A stretch of 40,257 nucleotides of DNA, taken from NCBI GenBank assembly GCA_023511475.1, contig JAIMBM010000001.1, forward strand, positions 1 through 40,257, in the 5' to 3' direction. Position 1 is the stretch's first letter. Every line of letters starts with the position of its first letter. The notes beneath the pieces are model-generated. The model was not told the origin of the DNA. It searched no databases and saw nothing but the letters and a program-made list of their open reading frames with translations. This DNA comes from Anaerolineae bacterium (lineage in GTDB: Bacteria; Chloroflexota; Anaerolineae; SpSt-313). Made by a program: the position numbers and the translations under genes. Of the stretch, positions 1 to 8,579 are shown piece after piece.

Positions 1-13
1 CGTTCCTGCTGCG

Positions 14-22
14 TGCTATAGT
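14..22 (+). promoter_or_regulatory. Candidate extended -10 element (TGcTATAGT); any -35 would lie off the window
   Basis: tgctatagt at 14-22. Only 12 nt separate the hexamer from the ATG at 35 and no GGAGG lies between, suggesting a leaderless or near-leaderless transcript. Confidence 0.35.
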
Positions 23-34
23 GGGACTCCCGCG

Positions 35-1210
35 ATGAGCGACAGGTCCGCTGCTGTCATTCCCGATCGCCCGTCGTTCAAGGCCTCCGAGGTCTGCGAG
101 CTGCTGGGCATCCAGCCCTACGTCCTGCGCACGTGGGAGAACGAGTTCAAGAACCTCGGCGTGGCGAAGGCGGCCGGGGCCCCTCGCGTGTATCGGCGTC
201 GCGACGTGGAGCTGGCGCTGCGCATCAAGGCGCTCGTCTTCACGGACGGGCTGACACTGGCCGGCGCCCGGCGCCGGCTCGAGCAGGAGAATCTCCTGGT
301 GCCGCCGGCGACCGACGGCCAACAACTCGAACGGAAACGCAGGCTGTTCGAGGAGCGGGCGTGCTGCGACTATGGGCTTTTCCTGGGGGCCGGCGAGCAG
401 GCACTCCCCCGCCCCGAGGATGCCGCGGAGGCTGTCGGCCTCAAGTTGTACCTCACCCCGACCTTCGGGCCGCTCCGACTCGAGTCGTTGGGGGCACTCC
501 TCGCGATCTTCAGGAGCTGGCCGGCTGCGAGGCCCATTGCGGTGCATGCCGAGGGCATGAGCATGGCGGTCCCGATCCTGCTGGCGGAGCTCATGGGCAG
601 GCGCGTGCACCTGTGCCACGTGGCGCGCGCGGATGAGATCACGCTGGTGCGGGCAGCCAAGGAGCGCGGCGTGGCGGTGACCTGCGAGGTGGCGCCGCAT
701 CACCTGTACCTGACGCGCGAGGACGCCGGGGCCCTGGGCGCGCTCGGGCAGATGAAGCCACCGCTTGCCGGGGCCGAGGACGTGGATGCGCTGTGGCGTA
801 ACCTGGGTGTAGTGGATCTCGTGGCCTCGGATCACGCGCCGCACACCCTCGCCGAGAAGCAGAGTGCCCAGCCGCCTCCCGGCGTGCCGGGTGTGGAGAC
901 GATGCTCCCGCTCCTGGTCACTGCGGTCCACGAGGGCCGCCTGAGCGCGGACCGGCTCGTCGAGCTCCTGCGTGAGGGGCCGCAACGGGTGTATGGGGTG
1001 CGCGCCCCAGAGGCGACGGTCGAGATCGAGATCGGTGGACCCTTCGAGATACGGGCGGCCAACCTGCACACCCGATGCGGGTGGACGCCTTTCGAGGGGC
1101 GGCGGGTGAATGCACGGGTGCGGCGGGTAGTGCTGCGCGGCCGCACGGTGTTTGAGGATGGTCACGTCCTGGGCGGGCCCGGGTTCGGGCGCCAGCTTCG
1201 ACCTGGGTAG
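35..1210 (+). CDS. MerR-family HTH domain fused to an N-terminally truncated dihydroorotase-like (CAD-type amidohydrolase) domain
   Basis: Residues ~14-85 read as a MerR winged HTH ([24 protein letters not shown]...[15 protein letters not shown]...[11 protein letters not shown]). Residues ~96-391 are colinear with the C-terminal three quarters of a dihydroorotase ([68 protein letters not shown]). There is no His in the first ~110 residues, so the HxH metal motif is missing. Confidence 0.8.
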   Translation: MSDRSAAVIPDRPSFKASEVCELLGIQPYVLRTWENEFKNLGVAKAAGAPRVYRRRDVELALRIKALVFTDGLTLAGARRRLEQENLLVPPATDGQQLERKRRLFEERACCDYGLFLGAGEQALPRPEDAAEAVGLKLYLTPTFGPLRLESLGALLAIFRSWPAARPIAVHAEGMSMAVPILLAELMGRRVHLCHVARADEITLVRAAKERGVAVTCEVAPHHLYLTREDAGALGALGQMKPPLAGAEDVDALWRNLGVVDLVASDHAPHTLAEKQSAQPPPGVPGVETMLPLLVTAVHEGRLSADRLVELLREGPQRVYGVRAPEATVEIEIGGPFEIRAANLHTRCGWTPFEGRRVNARVRRVVLRGRTVFEDGHVLGGPGFGRQLRPG

Positions 1211-1260
1211 GCACTGCCCGGGGCGCCGGACAACTGGACAGGCTGGCAAGGAGGGAGAGC

Positions 1261-2238
1261 ATGGCTATGGTCAGGGCACCGATTTTCGCTCAACTGATGG
1301 CGAACACTAACAACGGGTTCTACCAGCAGGATATCATCTCGGTTCGCCAGTTCGACCGGGTCAAGCTGGACTATATCTTTGGCGTGGCCGAGGAGATGCG
1401 ACACATGGTCCAGCAGATCGGGTCCGCTGATCTGCTGCGGGGTCGGGTGCTTGCCAACCTCTTCTACGAGCCCTCGACGCGCACGAGTTCGTCCTTCATG
1501 GCGGCCATGCAGCGGCTCGGTGGCAGCGTGATTCCGATCAACGAGGTCCGCTACTCCTCCGTGACTAAAGGCGAGTCCCTGCCCGACACGGTGCGGACGC
1601 TGGAGTGCTACGCGGACATCATCGTGCTGCGCCATCCCGAAGTCGGATCGGCGCAGATTGCGGCGGACTATGCCTCCAAACCCGTCATCAATGCTGGCGA
1701 CGGCACGGGCGAGCATCCGACCCAGGCTCTGCTCGACCTGTTTACGATCCAGGAGGAGATCGGCCGGATCGACGGTCTGAAGGTAGCGATGGTGGGCGAC
1801 CTGAAGTACGGGCGCACCGTGCACTCGCTCACAAGGCTCCTGTCGCTCTTCAACGTCGAGTTGCTGTTTGTGTCTCCGGAGGTGCTGCGGCTCCCGCGGG
1901 AGTTGGTCGACGAGGTGCAGGCGAAAGGGCTGCCGTTCAGTGAGCATGAGGACGTCGCCAAAGTCGTGGCGGATGTGGACGTGCTCTACGTGACCCGTGT
2001 GCAGCGGGAGCGGTTCGAGGACGAGTCCCTGTACGAGAAGGTGAAGGACTGCTACGTTATCACGCCCGAACTCCTCAAGCGGGCAAAGGAGCGCATGATC
2101 GTCATGCACCCGCTGCCTCGCGTCAATGAGATCAGCTACGAGGTGGATAGGGACCCGCGCGCAGCCTATTTCCGGCAGATGGCGAACGGGATGTACATCC
2201 GCATGGCGCTGCTGGCGGCCGTGCTGGGGCGGGCGTGA
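1261..2238 (+). CDS. pyrB: Aspartate carbamoyltransferase catalytic chain
   Basis: STRTSSSF carbamoyl-phosphate motif, HPTQALLD and HPLPRV motifs. AAGGAGGGA RBS lies 4 nt upstream of the ATG. Confidence 0.95.
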   Translation: MAMVRAPIFAQLMANTNNGFYQQDIISVRQFDRVKLDYIFGVAEEMRHMVQQIGSADLLRGRVLANLFYEPSTRTSSSFMAAMQRLGGSVIPINEVRYSSVTKGESLPDTVRTLECYADIIVLRHPEVGSAQIAADYASKPVINAGDGTGEHPTQALLDLFTIQEEIGRIDGLKVAMVGDLKYGRTVHSLTRLLSLFNVELLFVSPEVLRLPRELVDEVQAKGLPFSEHEDVAKVVADVDVLYVTRVQRERFEDESLYEKVKDCYVITPELLKRAKERMIVMHPLPRVNEISYEVDRDPRAAYFRQMANGMYIRMALLAAVLGRA

Positions 2239-2244
2239 GGGGCC

Positions 2245-3663
2245 ATGGCGTTCTTCACAGTGCTCGAGGAAGTGTCGAGGAGACGAGGGAGCCTCCTCTG
2301 TGTTGGCCTGGACCCTGATCGGCGGATCATGCCGGAGGCCTTTGCCCGCGAGTCGGAGCCGCTGTGGGCGTGGAACCGTGCTGTCATCGAGGCCACGGCC
2401 GCATACGTCTGCGCCTACAAGCCCAACATGGCGTTCTATGAGGCGGAGGGCGCAGCGGGGCTAGAGGTGCTGAGGCGAACGATCGACTGTGCGCACGCCC
2501 ATGGGACGCCGGTTATCCTGGACGCCAAACGTGCGGACGTTGCCCACAGTGCGGAGGCGTACGCTCGCGCCGCCTTTGAGGTGTGGGAGGCGGATGCCGT
2601 CACGGTGAACCCGTACCTGGGCCATGACGCCATCGGCGCCTTTGCCCGCTACGCTGACAAAGGCGTGTATGTGCTGTGCCACACGTCAAATCCAGGAGCC
2701 CGCGACCTCCAGGAGCGACGAACGGAGGGCAGGCCGCTTTACCTGGCCCTGGCCGAGATGGTCGCTCGCCTGAACACCGCGGGCAACCTCGGGCTGGTGG
2801 TCGGCGCGACCTATCCGGAGGCGCTCAGGGAGGTCAGGTCGATGGCGGTTGGTCTGCCCTTCCTGGTTCCGGGTGTCGGGGCACAGGGGGGCGAGGTCGA
2901 GCGTGCCGTCGCGGCCGGCCTGCGGGCGGACGGGGGTGGCCTCATTATCAGCGCTTCGCGGTCAGTGATCGGGGCGGAGGATTTCGGCGGCGCGGCGCGT
3001 GCGCTGCGGGACGCCATGGCGGCGGCGCGAGCCGCAACCCTGGGCAGGCCGCAGCACGAGGTGATTCCGGAGGACGCCCTGATCGTCGCCCTTCATGAGG
3101 CTGGCTGTGTCCGCCTTGGCGACTTTATGCTGCACTCGGGGCAGCGCTCGCCGATCTATCTGGACCTGCGCGTGCTGGTGTCGAGCCCAGACGTGCTGTG
3201 GCAGGTGGCGCGGGCGTATATCGGCCTGCTTGAGGGCCTCGGCTACGACCGCCTGGCAGCCATCCCCTATGCTGCACTGCCGATCGGGACCGCCGTGGCG
3301 CTGCTCGCGGACAGGCCGCTGGTGTATCCGCGTCTGGAAGCCAAGCAGTATGGAACCGCGCGGCGGATCGAGGGCACCTGGAACCCGGGGGAAAGGGTCG
3401 TGGTGCTCGATGACGTGATCACGACCGGCGCGAGCAAGCTGGAGGCGATCCGCCCGCTCGAGGAGAGTGGGCTTGTGGCGCGGGACATTGTGGTCCTCGT
3501 CGACCGTGGTCAGGGTGGACGGGAGGCGCTGGAGGCGGAGGGATATCGCGTGCATGCGCTTCTGACTCTGCGCCGGATTGTGGAGGTGCTCGCACGCCTG
3601 GGCCGCATCTCAGATGCTGACCGCGACCGGGTGACGGCGTTTCTGGAGGGCCAGAAGCCTTGA
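2245..3663 (+). CDS. pyrF/pyrE: Bifunctional orotidine-5'-phosphate decarboxylase (type 2, N-terminal) / orotate phosphoribosyltransferase (C-terminal)
   Basis: The N-terminal ~270 aa carry LCVGLDPD and ILDAKRADV type-2 ODCase motifs. The C-terminal ~190 aa carry the PRPP-binding loop VVVLDDVITTGASK and SPIYLDLR. It is a single uninterrupted 472-aa frame. Confidence 0.9.
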   Translation: MAFFTVLEEVSRRRGSLLCVGLDPDRRIMPEAFARESEPLWAWNRAVIEATAAYVCAYKPNMAFYEAEGAAGLEVLRRTIDCAHAHGTPVILDAKRADVAHSAEAYARAAFEVWEADAVTVNPYLGHDAIGAFARYADKGVYVLCHTSNPGARDLQERRTEGRPLYLALAEMVARLNTAGNLGLVVGATYPEALREVRSMAVGLPFLVPGVGAQGGEVERAVAAGLRADGGGLIISASRSVIGAEDFGGAARALRDAMAAARAATLGRPQHEVIPEDALIVALHEAGCVRLGDFMLHSGQRSPIYLDLRVLVSSPDVLWQVARAYIGLLEGLGYDRLAAIPYAALPIGTAVALLADRPLVYPRLEAKQYGTARRIEGTWNPGERVVVLDDVITTGASKLEAIRPLEESGLVARDIVVLVDRGQGGREALEAEGYRVHALLTLRRIVEVLARLGRISDADRDRVTAFLEGQKP

Positions 3664-4595
3664 GGGATGTGGGTCTCTCGGTCGAGCTGTGCGGCGTCCG
3701 CCTCCGCACCCCTTTCGTTCTTGCCGCCGGCGTGCTGGGGACTACGGCGGCCCTCCTTGAGCGGGTCGCACGGAGGGGGGCGGGTGCGGTGACGGCCAAG
3801 TCGTGCAGCGTGCGGCCGCGGCGGGGACACCCTAACCCGACGGTTCTGCCCTGGGAGGGCGGGCTCATCAATGCCGTCGGGCTGGCAAACCCCGGGGCGG
3901 CGGCGATGGTGGCCATCCTTGCCGACACCCGGCGCCGGCTCGCTCCTCTCGGTGTGCCGCTGATCGCCAGCGTGTTTGCCGAGGAGGCAGGCGGGTTCGG
4001 GGAGGTAGTGCGCATCCTCGAGGAGGCGGAGCCCGACTTTTACGAGGTGAATATCTCGTGTCCGAACGTCGCGGAAGAGCTCGGCCTGCCCTTCGCCGCC
4101 GATCCCGTGCAGGCGGCGCGGGCGACGGCTGCGGTTCGGGCGGCAACGCGCCGGCCGGTGATCGTCAAGCTCTCGCCGAACGTGGCCGATATCTGCGCGG
4201 TTGGCAGAGCGGTAGTGGACGCGGGCGCGGACGCGCTGGCCGCGATCAACACCCTCGGCCCGGGAATGCTCATCGACATCCGGGCGAGGACGCCGGTGCT
4301 GGCGAACCGGGTGGGCGGGCTCTCCGGGCCGGCCGTTCGGCCGGTAGCGGTGCGGTGCGTCTACGACCTGAGCCGGGCGGTGGCCGTGCCCATCATTGGT
4401 ATGGGGGGCGTAACGACGGGTGAGGATGCGGTGGAGATGATCATGGCCGGTGCGACCGCGGTGGGCGTGGGCTCGGCGTTCTACCAGCGGGGGATGGGCG
4501 TGCTCGAAGCCATGGCCGCGGAAATACGGGCCTTCATGCAGGAGCAGGGCTTTGGCTGCGTGTCGGAGATGAGGGGGCTGGCCCATGGCGCCTAG
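3660..4595 (+). CDS. pyrD: Dihydroorotate dehydrogenase, class 1B catalytic subunit
   Basis: NISCPN, GLSGPAVRPVA and IIGMGGV motifs. The TTG start overlaps the pyrF/E stop (TTGA). It is followed by pyrK. Confidence 0.9.
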   Translation: MRDVGLSVELCGVRLRTPFVLAAGVLGTTAALLERVARRGAGAVTAKSCSVRPRRGHPNPTVLPWEGGLINAVGLANPGAAAMVAILADTRRRLAPLGVPLIASVFAEEAGGFGEVVRILEEAEPDFYEVNISCPNVAEELGLPFAADPVQAARATAAVRAATRRPVIVKLSPNVADICAVGRAVVDAGADALAAINTLGPGMLIDIRARTPVLANRVGGLSGPAVRPVAVRCVYDLSRAVAVPIIGMGGVTTGEDAVEMIMAGATAVGVGSAFYQRGMGVLEAMAAEIRAFMQEQGFGCVSEMRGLAHGA

Positions 4596-5301
4596 CCCAC
4601 ATCGTGCCGGAAGGGTGGTCCGGGTCGAGCCAGCCGGCCATCGGGGTGTGACGATCGTCTCAGACATCCGGCTTTCTGCACGGCCTGGCCAGTTCGTCAT
4701 GCTCTGGGTACCGCGGGCGGACGAAAAGCCCTTCAGCCTGGTCGCGGACAATCCCCTGACGCTGGCCGTGGTCCCGGTCGGACCAGTTACCGGCCGACTC
4801 CAGCAGCTGCAGCCCGGCGACCCACTGTATGTGCGGGGGCCTCTGGGCCGGGGCTTCTCGTTGGATGGGCAGCGACCGCTCCTGGTGGCGGGTGGCAGCG
4901 GGGCTGCTCCGCTCGCCTTCCTCGCGAGCCGGCTTGCCGCGGCGGGCCGTGAGGTGACGGTGGCCCTCGGGGCGCGCTCCGCCGGCGAGCTGCTTCTGGT
5001 GGAGCGGTACCAGGCGGCCGCAGCGCGCCTGTGGATCACTACAGAAGACGGCAGCGCAGGGGAGCGGGGGCTCGTTGTGTCGGTCGCAGAGCGCCTGCTG
5101 GCCAATGGAGGGTGCGACCGCGTGTACGCCTGCGGTCCGGTGCCGATGCTCGAGCGGGTCGCGGCGCTGTGCCGGGAGTATGGGGTCCCCGGCGAGGCAA
5201 GCTATGAGGCCTATATGCGCTGCGGGATCGGCGTGTGTGGCTCTTGTGACCGGGGCGACGGCCTCCTCGTCTGCCGCGATGGGCCCGTGTTTGACCTGTA
5301 G
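4585..5301 (+). CDS. pyrK: Dihydroorotate dehydrogenase electron-transfer subunit (FAD / 2Fe-2S)
   Basis: C-terminal cluster motif MRCGIGVCGSC...LVCRDGPVF, KPFSL flavin motif and GGSGAAPL nucleotide-binding loop. It overlaps the pyrD end by 11 nt. Confidence 0.85.
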   Translation: MAPSPHRAGRVVRVEPAGHRGVTIVSDIRLSARPGQFVMLWVPRADEKPFSLVADNPLTLAVVPVGPVTGRLQQLQPGDPLYVRGPLGRGFSLDGQRPLLVAGGSGAAPLAFLASRLAAAGREVTVALGARSAGELLLVERYQAAAARLWITTEDGSAGERGLVVSVAERLLANGGCDRVYACGPVPMLERVAALCREYGVPGEASYEAYMRCGIGVCGSCDRGDGLLVCRDGPVFDL

Positions 5302-5319
5302 GAACCCTGTCTATCGCCA

Positions 5320-5348
5320 TTGACATCGCAAGCCTCCCATGGCATATT
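5320..5348 (+). promoter_or_regulatory. Candidate sigma-70-type promoter, TTGACA-17 nt-CATATT
   Basis: Consensus -35 at 5320-5325, exact 17-nt spacer and -10 at 5343-5348. It sits in the 100-nt gap after pyrK, ~50 nt upstream of the ATG at 5402. Confidence 0.5.
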
Positions 5349-5401
5349 CCTCTCCCGTCAATGTCCCCTTTCCCGATCGTTGATGCGCAGGTGAGGCACA
5401 C

Positions 5402-6424
5402 ATGGCCGTGCACCGGCTGCCTACTGGAAAACTGCCCCTGGAGATGCTTGCCGAGCTGCTGAAGCAGTGCCCGATACGCGACCTGCGGGTGGTCGCGGGA
5501 GCGGGTGTGGGCGAGGACGCGGCGGTCGTCGATATGGGCGACCGCCTTCTGGTGGCCAAGAGTGACCCCATCACCTTTGCTACCGATCGCATCGGCTGGT
5601 ATGCCGTGCACGTGAACGCCAACGACGTGGCGACGACCGGCGCGGCTCCGCGGTGGATGCTCGTCACCCTGCTCTTGCCGGAGGGCAAGGCCAGCTTTGC
5701 CGATGCCCAGGGCATCATGGCGCAGGTTGGCGCGGCCTGTGAGGGCCTGGGCATCTCGGTGATTGGTGGGCACACCGAGGTCACCTATGGCCTCGACCGG
5801 CCGATCGTCGTCGGGCACATGCTGGGCGAGGCGAGCCGCGACAGACTGGTGAGGAGCAGCGGGGCGCGCGTCGGCGACGCCATCGTCCTGGCCGGCGCAA
5901 TCGCGGTAGAGGGGGCGGCGCTGATTGCCAGGGAGTGCGGGGAAGCGCTCCGGTCTCTGGGCATCGAGGAGGCTACTCTTGCCGAGGCGCGGCACTACCT
6001 GGATGAGCCGGGCATCAGTGTGGTGCGGGCGGCCCGCCTTGCGATCGAGCACGCAGACGTCCATGCCATGCATGATCCAACGGAGGGAGGTCTGGCGACC
6101 GGCCTGCACGAGCTCGCGTGGGCTTCGGGTGTGGGCCTGCGCGTGTACCGGGACCGGATTCCGGTCCTGCCCGCCTGCGGGCGTCTGTGCGAGGAGCTGG
6201 GGCTGGACCCGCTCGGTTTGATCGCCTCGGGATCGCTGTTGGTGGCCGTTGACGCGTGTAGCGTGCCTGCCCTGGGAGCGGCCTATGAGCGGGAAGGCAT
6301 TCGGTGGGCTGAGATCGGTGCCGCGGTGCCCCGCGGCGAAGGACTGCGGCTGGTTGATAACGGCGTGGAGACGTCGCTGCCACGCTTTGACCAGGACGAG
6401 TTTACGCGACTTCTGACCTGCTGA
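5402..6424 (+). CDS. AIR synthase-related (PurM/HypE/ThiL superfamily) protein, function unknown
   Basis: GEDAAVVD...SDPITF...YAVHVNANDVATTGA N-domain signature, GGHTE, and a PurM-like C-domain (HDPTEGGL). AGGTGAGG RBS. Confidence 0.75.
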   Translation: MAVHRLPTGKLPLEMLAELLKQCPIRDLRVVAGAGVGEDAAVVDMGDRLLVAKSDPITFATDRIGWYAVHVNANDVATTGAAPRWMLVTLLLPEGKASFADAQGIMAQVGAACEGLGISVIGGHTEVTYGLDRPIVVGHMLGEASRDRLVRSSGARVGDAIVLAGAIAVEGAALIARECGEALRSLGIEEATLAEARHYLDEPGISVVRAARLAIEHADVHAMHDPTEGGLATGLHELAWASGVGLRVYRDRIPVLPACGRLCEELGLDPLGLIASGSLLVAVDACSVPALGAAYEREGIRWAEIGAAVPRGEGLRLVDNGVETSLPRFDQDEFTRLLTC

Positions 6425-6433
6425 AGGAGCAAG

Positions 6434-8566
6434 TTGGCCAAGCTCTTGCTCTTCGTGGCGTGGCCGGCGGTGCTGGTGGCCCTGGCAGTGCAGGCCTGGC
6501 GCACCGGCCCGGTCGGGGCGCTGAGGGCGCTTATGCAGGGGACGCTCTGGTATGATTCCGACCAGAGTGCGATCGGTGGCGCGGGGGCGCAGGCAGCGTT
6601 GGTTCTGGGGCACGGAGTGGGCCTGGCCTATCTCTGGCGCATCTCGGGCAGGAGCTATGAGCAGGCTGTGCCGCTCGGCCTGGCGTCGTCGGTGGCCCTG
6701 CTCCTGCCACAGCTGAGCGCGCTCTGGCGCCGCCGGGGTGTCGACGCAACGGTCTTGACGCCGCTGGTCGTGCCATACGGAGCGGGGCTCCTGCTGGGGC
6801 TGCATCTGCTGCCAGCGGCCGAGGGGTACACGCTGCTGCGTGTCTGCTGCGTGGCTGCCGCGGGCTATACGCTGCTGATACAGGCCGAGCGCTTCTGGCC
6901 GCACAGGGTGGCGGGGAGAGTGGTCCGCCCGGCGCCGCTCCTGCTGCTGGCTTTCACTGCGGTGTGGGCGCTGGCTGAGTACCTGGGTGGACGCACCCAT
7001 GGGGTGACCGGCAGCGACCCCTTCTGCTACGCGCAGATGGCCGTGGATATCGCCCGGCACGGCGATCCCCGGCATGTGTTCACGCTTTTCCCGGCAGTGA
7101 GTGAGCTGGGGATCCCCTGGTGGCCGATTGTGCACGTGGGGTACTATCCCCCGGGAGATGGCGGGACCTCGGCGACGGTGTGGCCTGTGGGCTGGCCGGC
7201 GCTCCTCGCCGTGGGGTACCTCTTCCTTGGCGAGATCGGTCTGTACGTGTGGGCACCATTGGCGGGGCTCCTTGTGCTCCTCGCTCTGGCAGGCCTGGTC
7301 CGGGAGGTCTGGCCCGAGCAGCGCGCACAGAGCCGCTGGCTGGGGCTGGCGCTCGGGGCACTGATCCTGGCTACATCGCAGGAGCAGGTGCTGCAGCTGC
7401 TCGTGCCGATGGCGGACGTGCCCGCGCAGCTGTTCACCGTACTGGCCGTGTGGCTGGCGCTTCGCGCCGGGAGGAGGGCGTCGTGGCCTGAGGCGCTGCT
7501 TGCGGGGATGGCACTGGGCGTGGCCTACGACATCCGCCATACGCAGGTCTTCCTGGCGCCGGCGCTGGCGGTCGCCCTCTGGTGGAAAGGGACGCTCAGG
7601 AGGACGCTCAGGCTTCTCGCTGCTGCGGCGGCGGGGGCGTGTCTCATGGCGCTGCCCGACCTCTGGTACCACGCAGCCGCCTTTGGCAGCCCGTGGCGGC
7701 CGGAGTCTCCGGAGCTCTGCCTCATCGGGGTGCGCTACTGGTGGGCGAATGCGCTGAGGATGGCCGTGGCAGCCGGGGGGCGGGCGGAGTTTGGCCTGCT
7801 CGTGCCGCTGTTGGGGTACGGCGCGTGGCGCCTATGGAAGGAGAACCGCAGGGGAGCGGCGGTCCTGGGCCTTTGGGTTCTGCTGAATGCCGGACCCCAG
7901 TTCCTCTATGGCCCGCTACGCTGGCGGGACCTCCTCGCGGTGGTGCCACCCCTGGCACTGTTTGCGGCCTACGGTGGGGTAGCGTTCCTCGCCTGGCTTC
8001 GTGCCAACCCGCAGCCGAGCTGGGCTCCAGGGTGCGCCGCCCTGGCGGTGGCCCTGGCGCTGACCCTCCGAGTGGGGATCATGCTGGAATGGCCACTGCG
8101 CGACTGCGAGCAAACCTTTGGGTACCTCTCGGCTGAGGAGCGGCGCGCGTTTGCCCTGCTCGGGGAGGTCACTGAGGAGGACGCGGTCATCGGCACGAGC
8201 CTCAACAGCGGCCCGGTCGAGCTCTATGCAGGCCGGGAGTCCTTTCGGCCGGGCGATTGGTCGCGAGGGGAGCTCGAGACCTTCTTGCGGGCTATGGAGC
8301 GGGCGGGAAGGCCAGTGTACATCATCGACGATGGGAACGAGCATGCGGCACTCGTCGTGTCCCTGATGGCCGAGGGGCGGCTTGAGCCAGTTCGGAAGCT
8401 GACCGTGCCGCTCTACGGTGACCGGGAGCAGCTGAGCGGGAGGCTCTATCGCGTCCGGCCGTTGCGCGAGGCCGCCGGGTCCGGCACGGAGACGGTGCCC
8501 GGGATGGGGTTATGCCCTTGCTCCTCCTCTTCCGCCGTGGTAGAATGGCGACCGGTTGTGGGCTAG
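6434..8566 (+). CDS. Large polytopic membrane protein with a C-terminal soluble domain; possibly a GT-C-fold (ArnT/PMT-like) glycosyltransferase
   Basis: TTG start 4 nt after an AAGGAG RBS. More than 10 hydrophobic segments, an early loop with GSDPFCYAQMAVDIARHG, and a non-membrane C-terminal ~120 aa. The functional call is weak. Confidence 0.55.
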   Translation: MAKLLLFVAWPAVLVALAVQAWRTGPVGALRALMQGTLWYDSDQSAIGGAGAQAALVLGHGVGLAYLWRISGRSYEQAVPLGLASSVALLLPQLSALWRRRGVDATVLTPLVVPYGAGLLLGLHLLPAAEGYTLLRVCCVAAAGYTLLIQAERFWPHRVAGRVVRPAPLLLLAFTAVWALAEYLGGRTHGVTGSDPFCYAQMAVDIARHGDPRHVFTLFPAVSELGIPWWPIVHVGYYPPGDGGTSATVWPVGWPALLAVGYLFLGEIGLYVWAPLAGLLVLLALAGLVREVWPEQRAQSRWLGLALGALILATSQEQVLQLLVPMADVPAQLFTVLAVWLALRAGRRASWPEALLAGMALGVAYDIRHTQVFLAPALAVALWWKGTLRRTLRLLAAAAAGACLMALPDLWYHAAAFGSPWRPESPELCLIGVRYWWANALRMAVAAGGRAEFGLLVPLLGYGAWRLWKENRRGAAVLGLWVLLNAGPQFLYGPLRWRDLLAVVPPLALFAAYGGVAFLAWLRANPQPSWAPGCAALAVALALTLRVGIMLEWPLRDCEQTFGYLSAEERRAFALLGEVTEEDAVIGTSLNSGPVELYAGRESFRPGDWSRGELETFLRAMERAGRPVYIIDDGNEHAALVVSLMAEGRLEPVRKLTVPLYGDREQLSGRLYRVRPLREAAGSGTETVPGMGLCPCSSSSAVVEWRPVVG
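8518..8546 (+). promoter_or_regulatory. Candidate promoter, TTGCTC-17 nt-(TGg)TAGAAT
   Basis: Extended -10 tggtagaat at 8538-8546 inside the 3' end of the upstream gene, ~35 nt before the likely start of the LuxR/Kelch gene. Confidence 0.35.
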
Positions 8567-8579
8567 GTCGGAGGTTGGC

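Noticed and set aside
1211-1260. PyrR-type attenuator upstream of pyrB
   Set aside because: The 50-nt spacer has only an RBS, no hairpin/U-tract or PyrR binding-loop-like sequence. No pyrR gene is in the window.
3510-5105. 531-aa minus-strand ORF
   Set aside because: Antisense to pyrD and pyrK, with Arg/Pro/Ser-rich low complexity. Similar ORFs at 1162..2109, 24816..25964, 26168..27097 and 28129..29253 are rejected for the same reason.
5039-7672. 877-aa minus-strand ORF
   Set aside because: It lies antisense to pyrK, the PurM-like gene and the membrane protein, which have clear family motifs or membrane character. Its translation is Arg/Pro/His/Gln-rich low complexity, typical of stop-poor antisense frames in GC-rich DNA.
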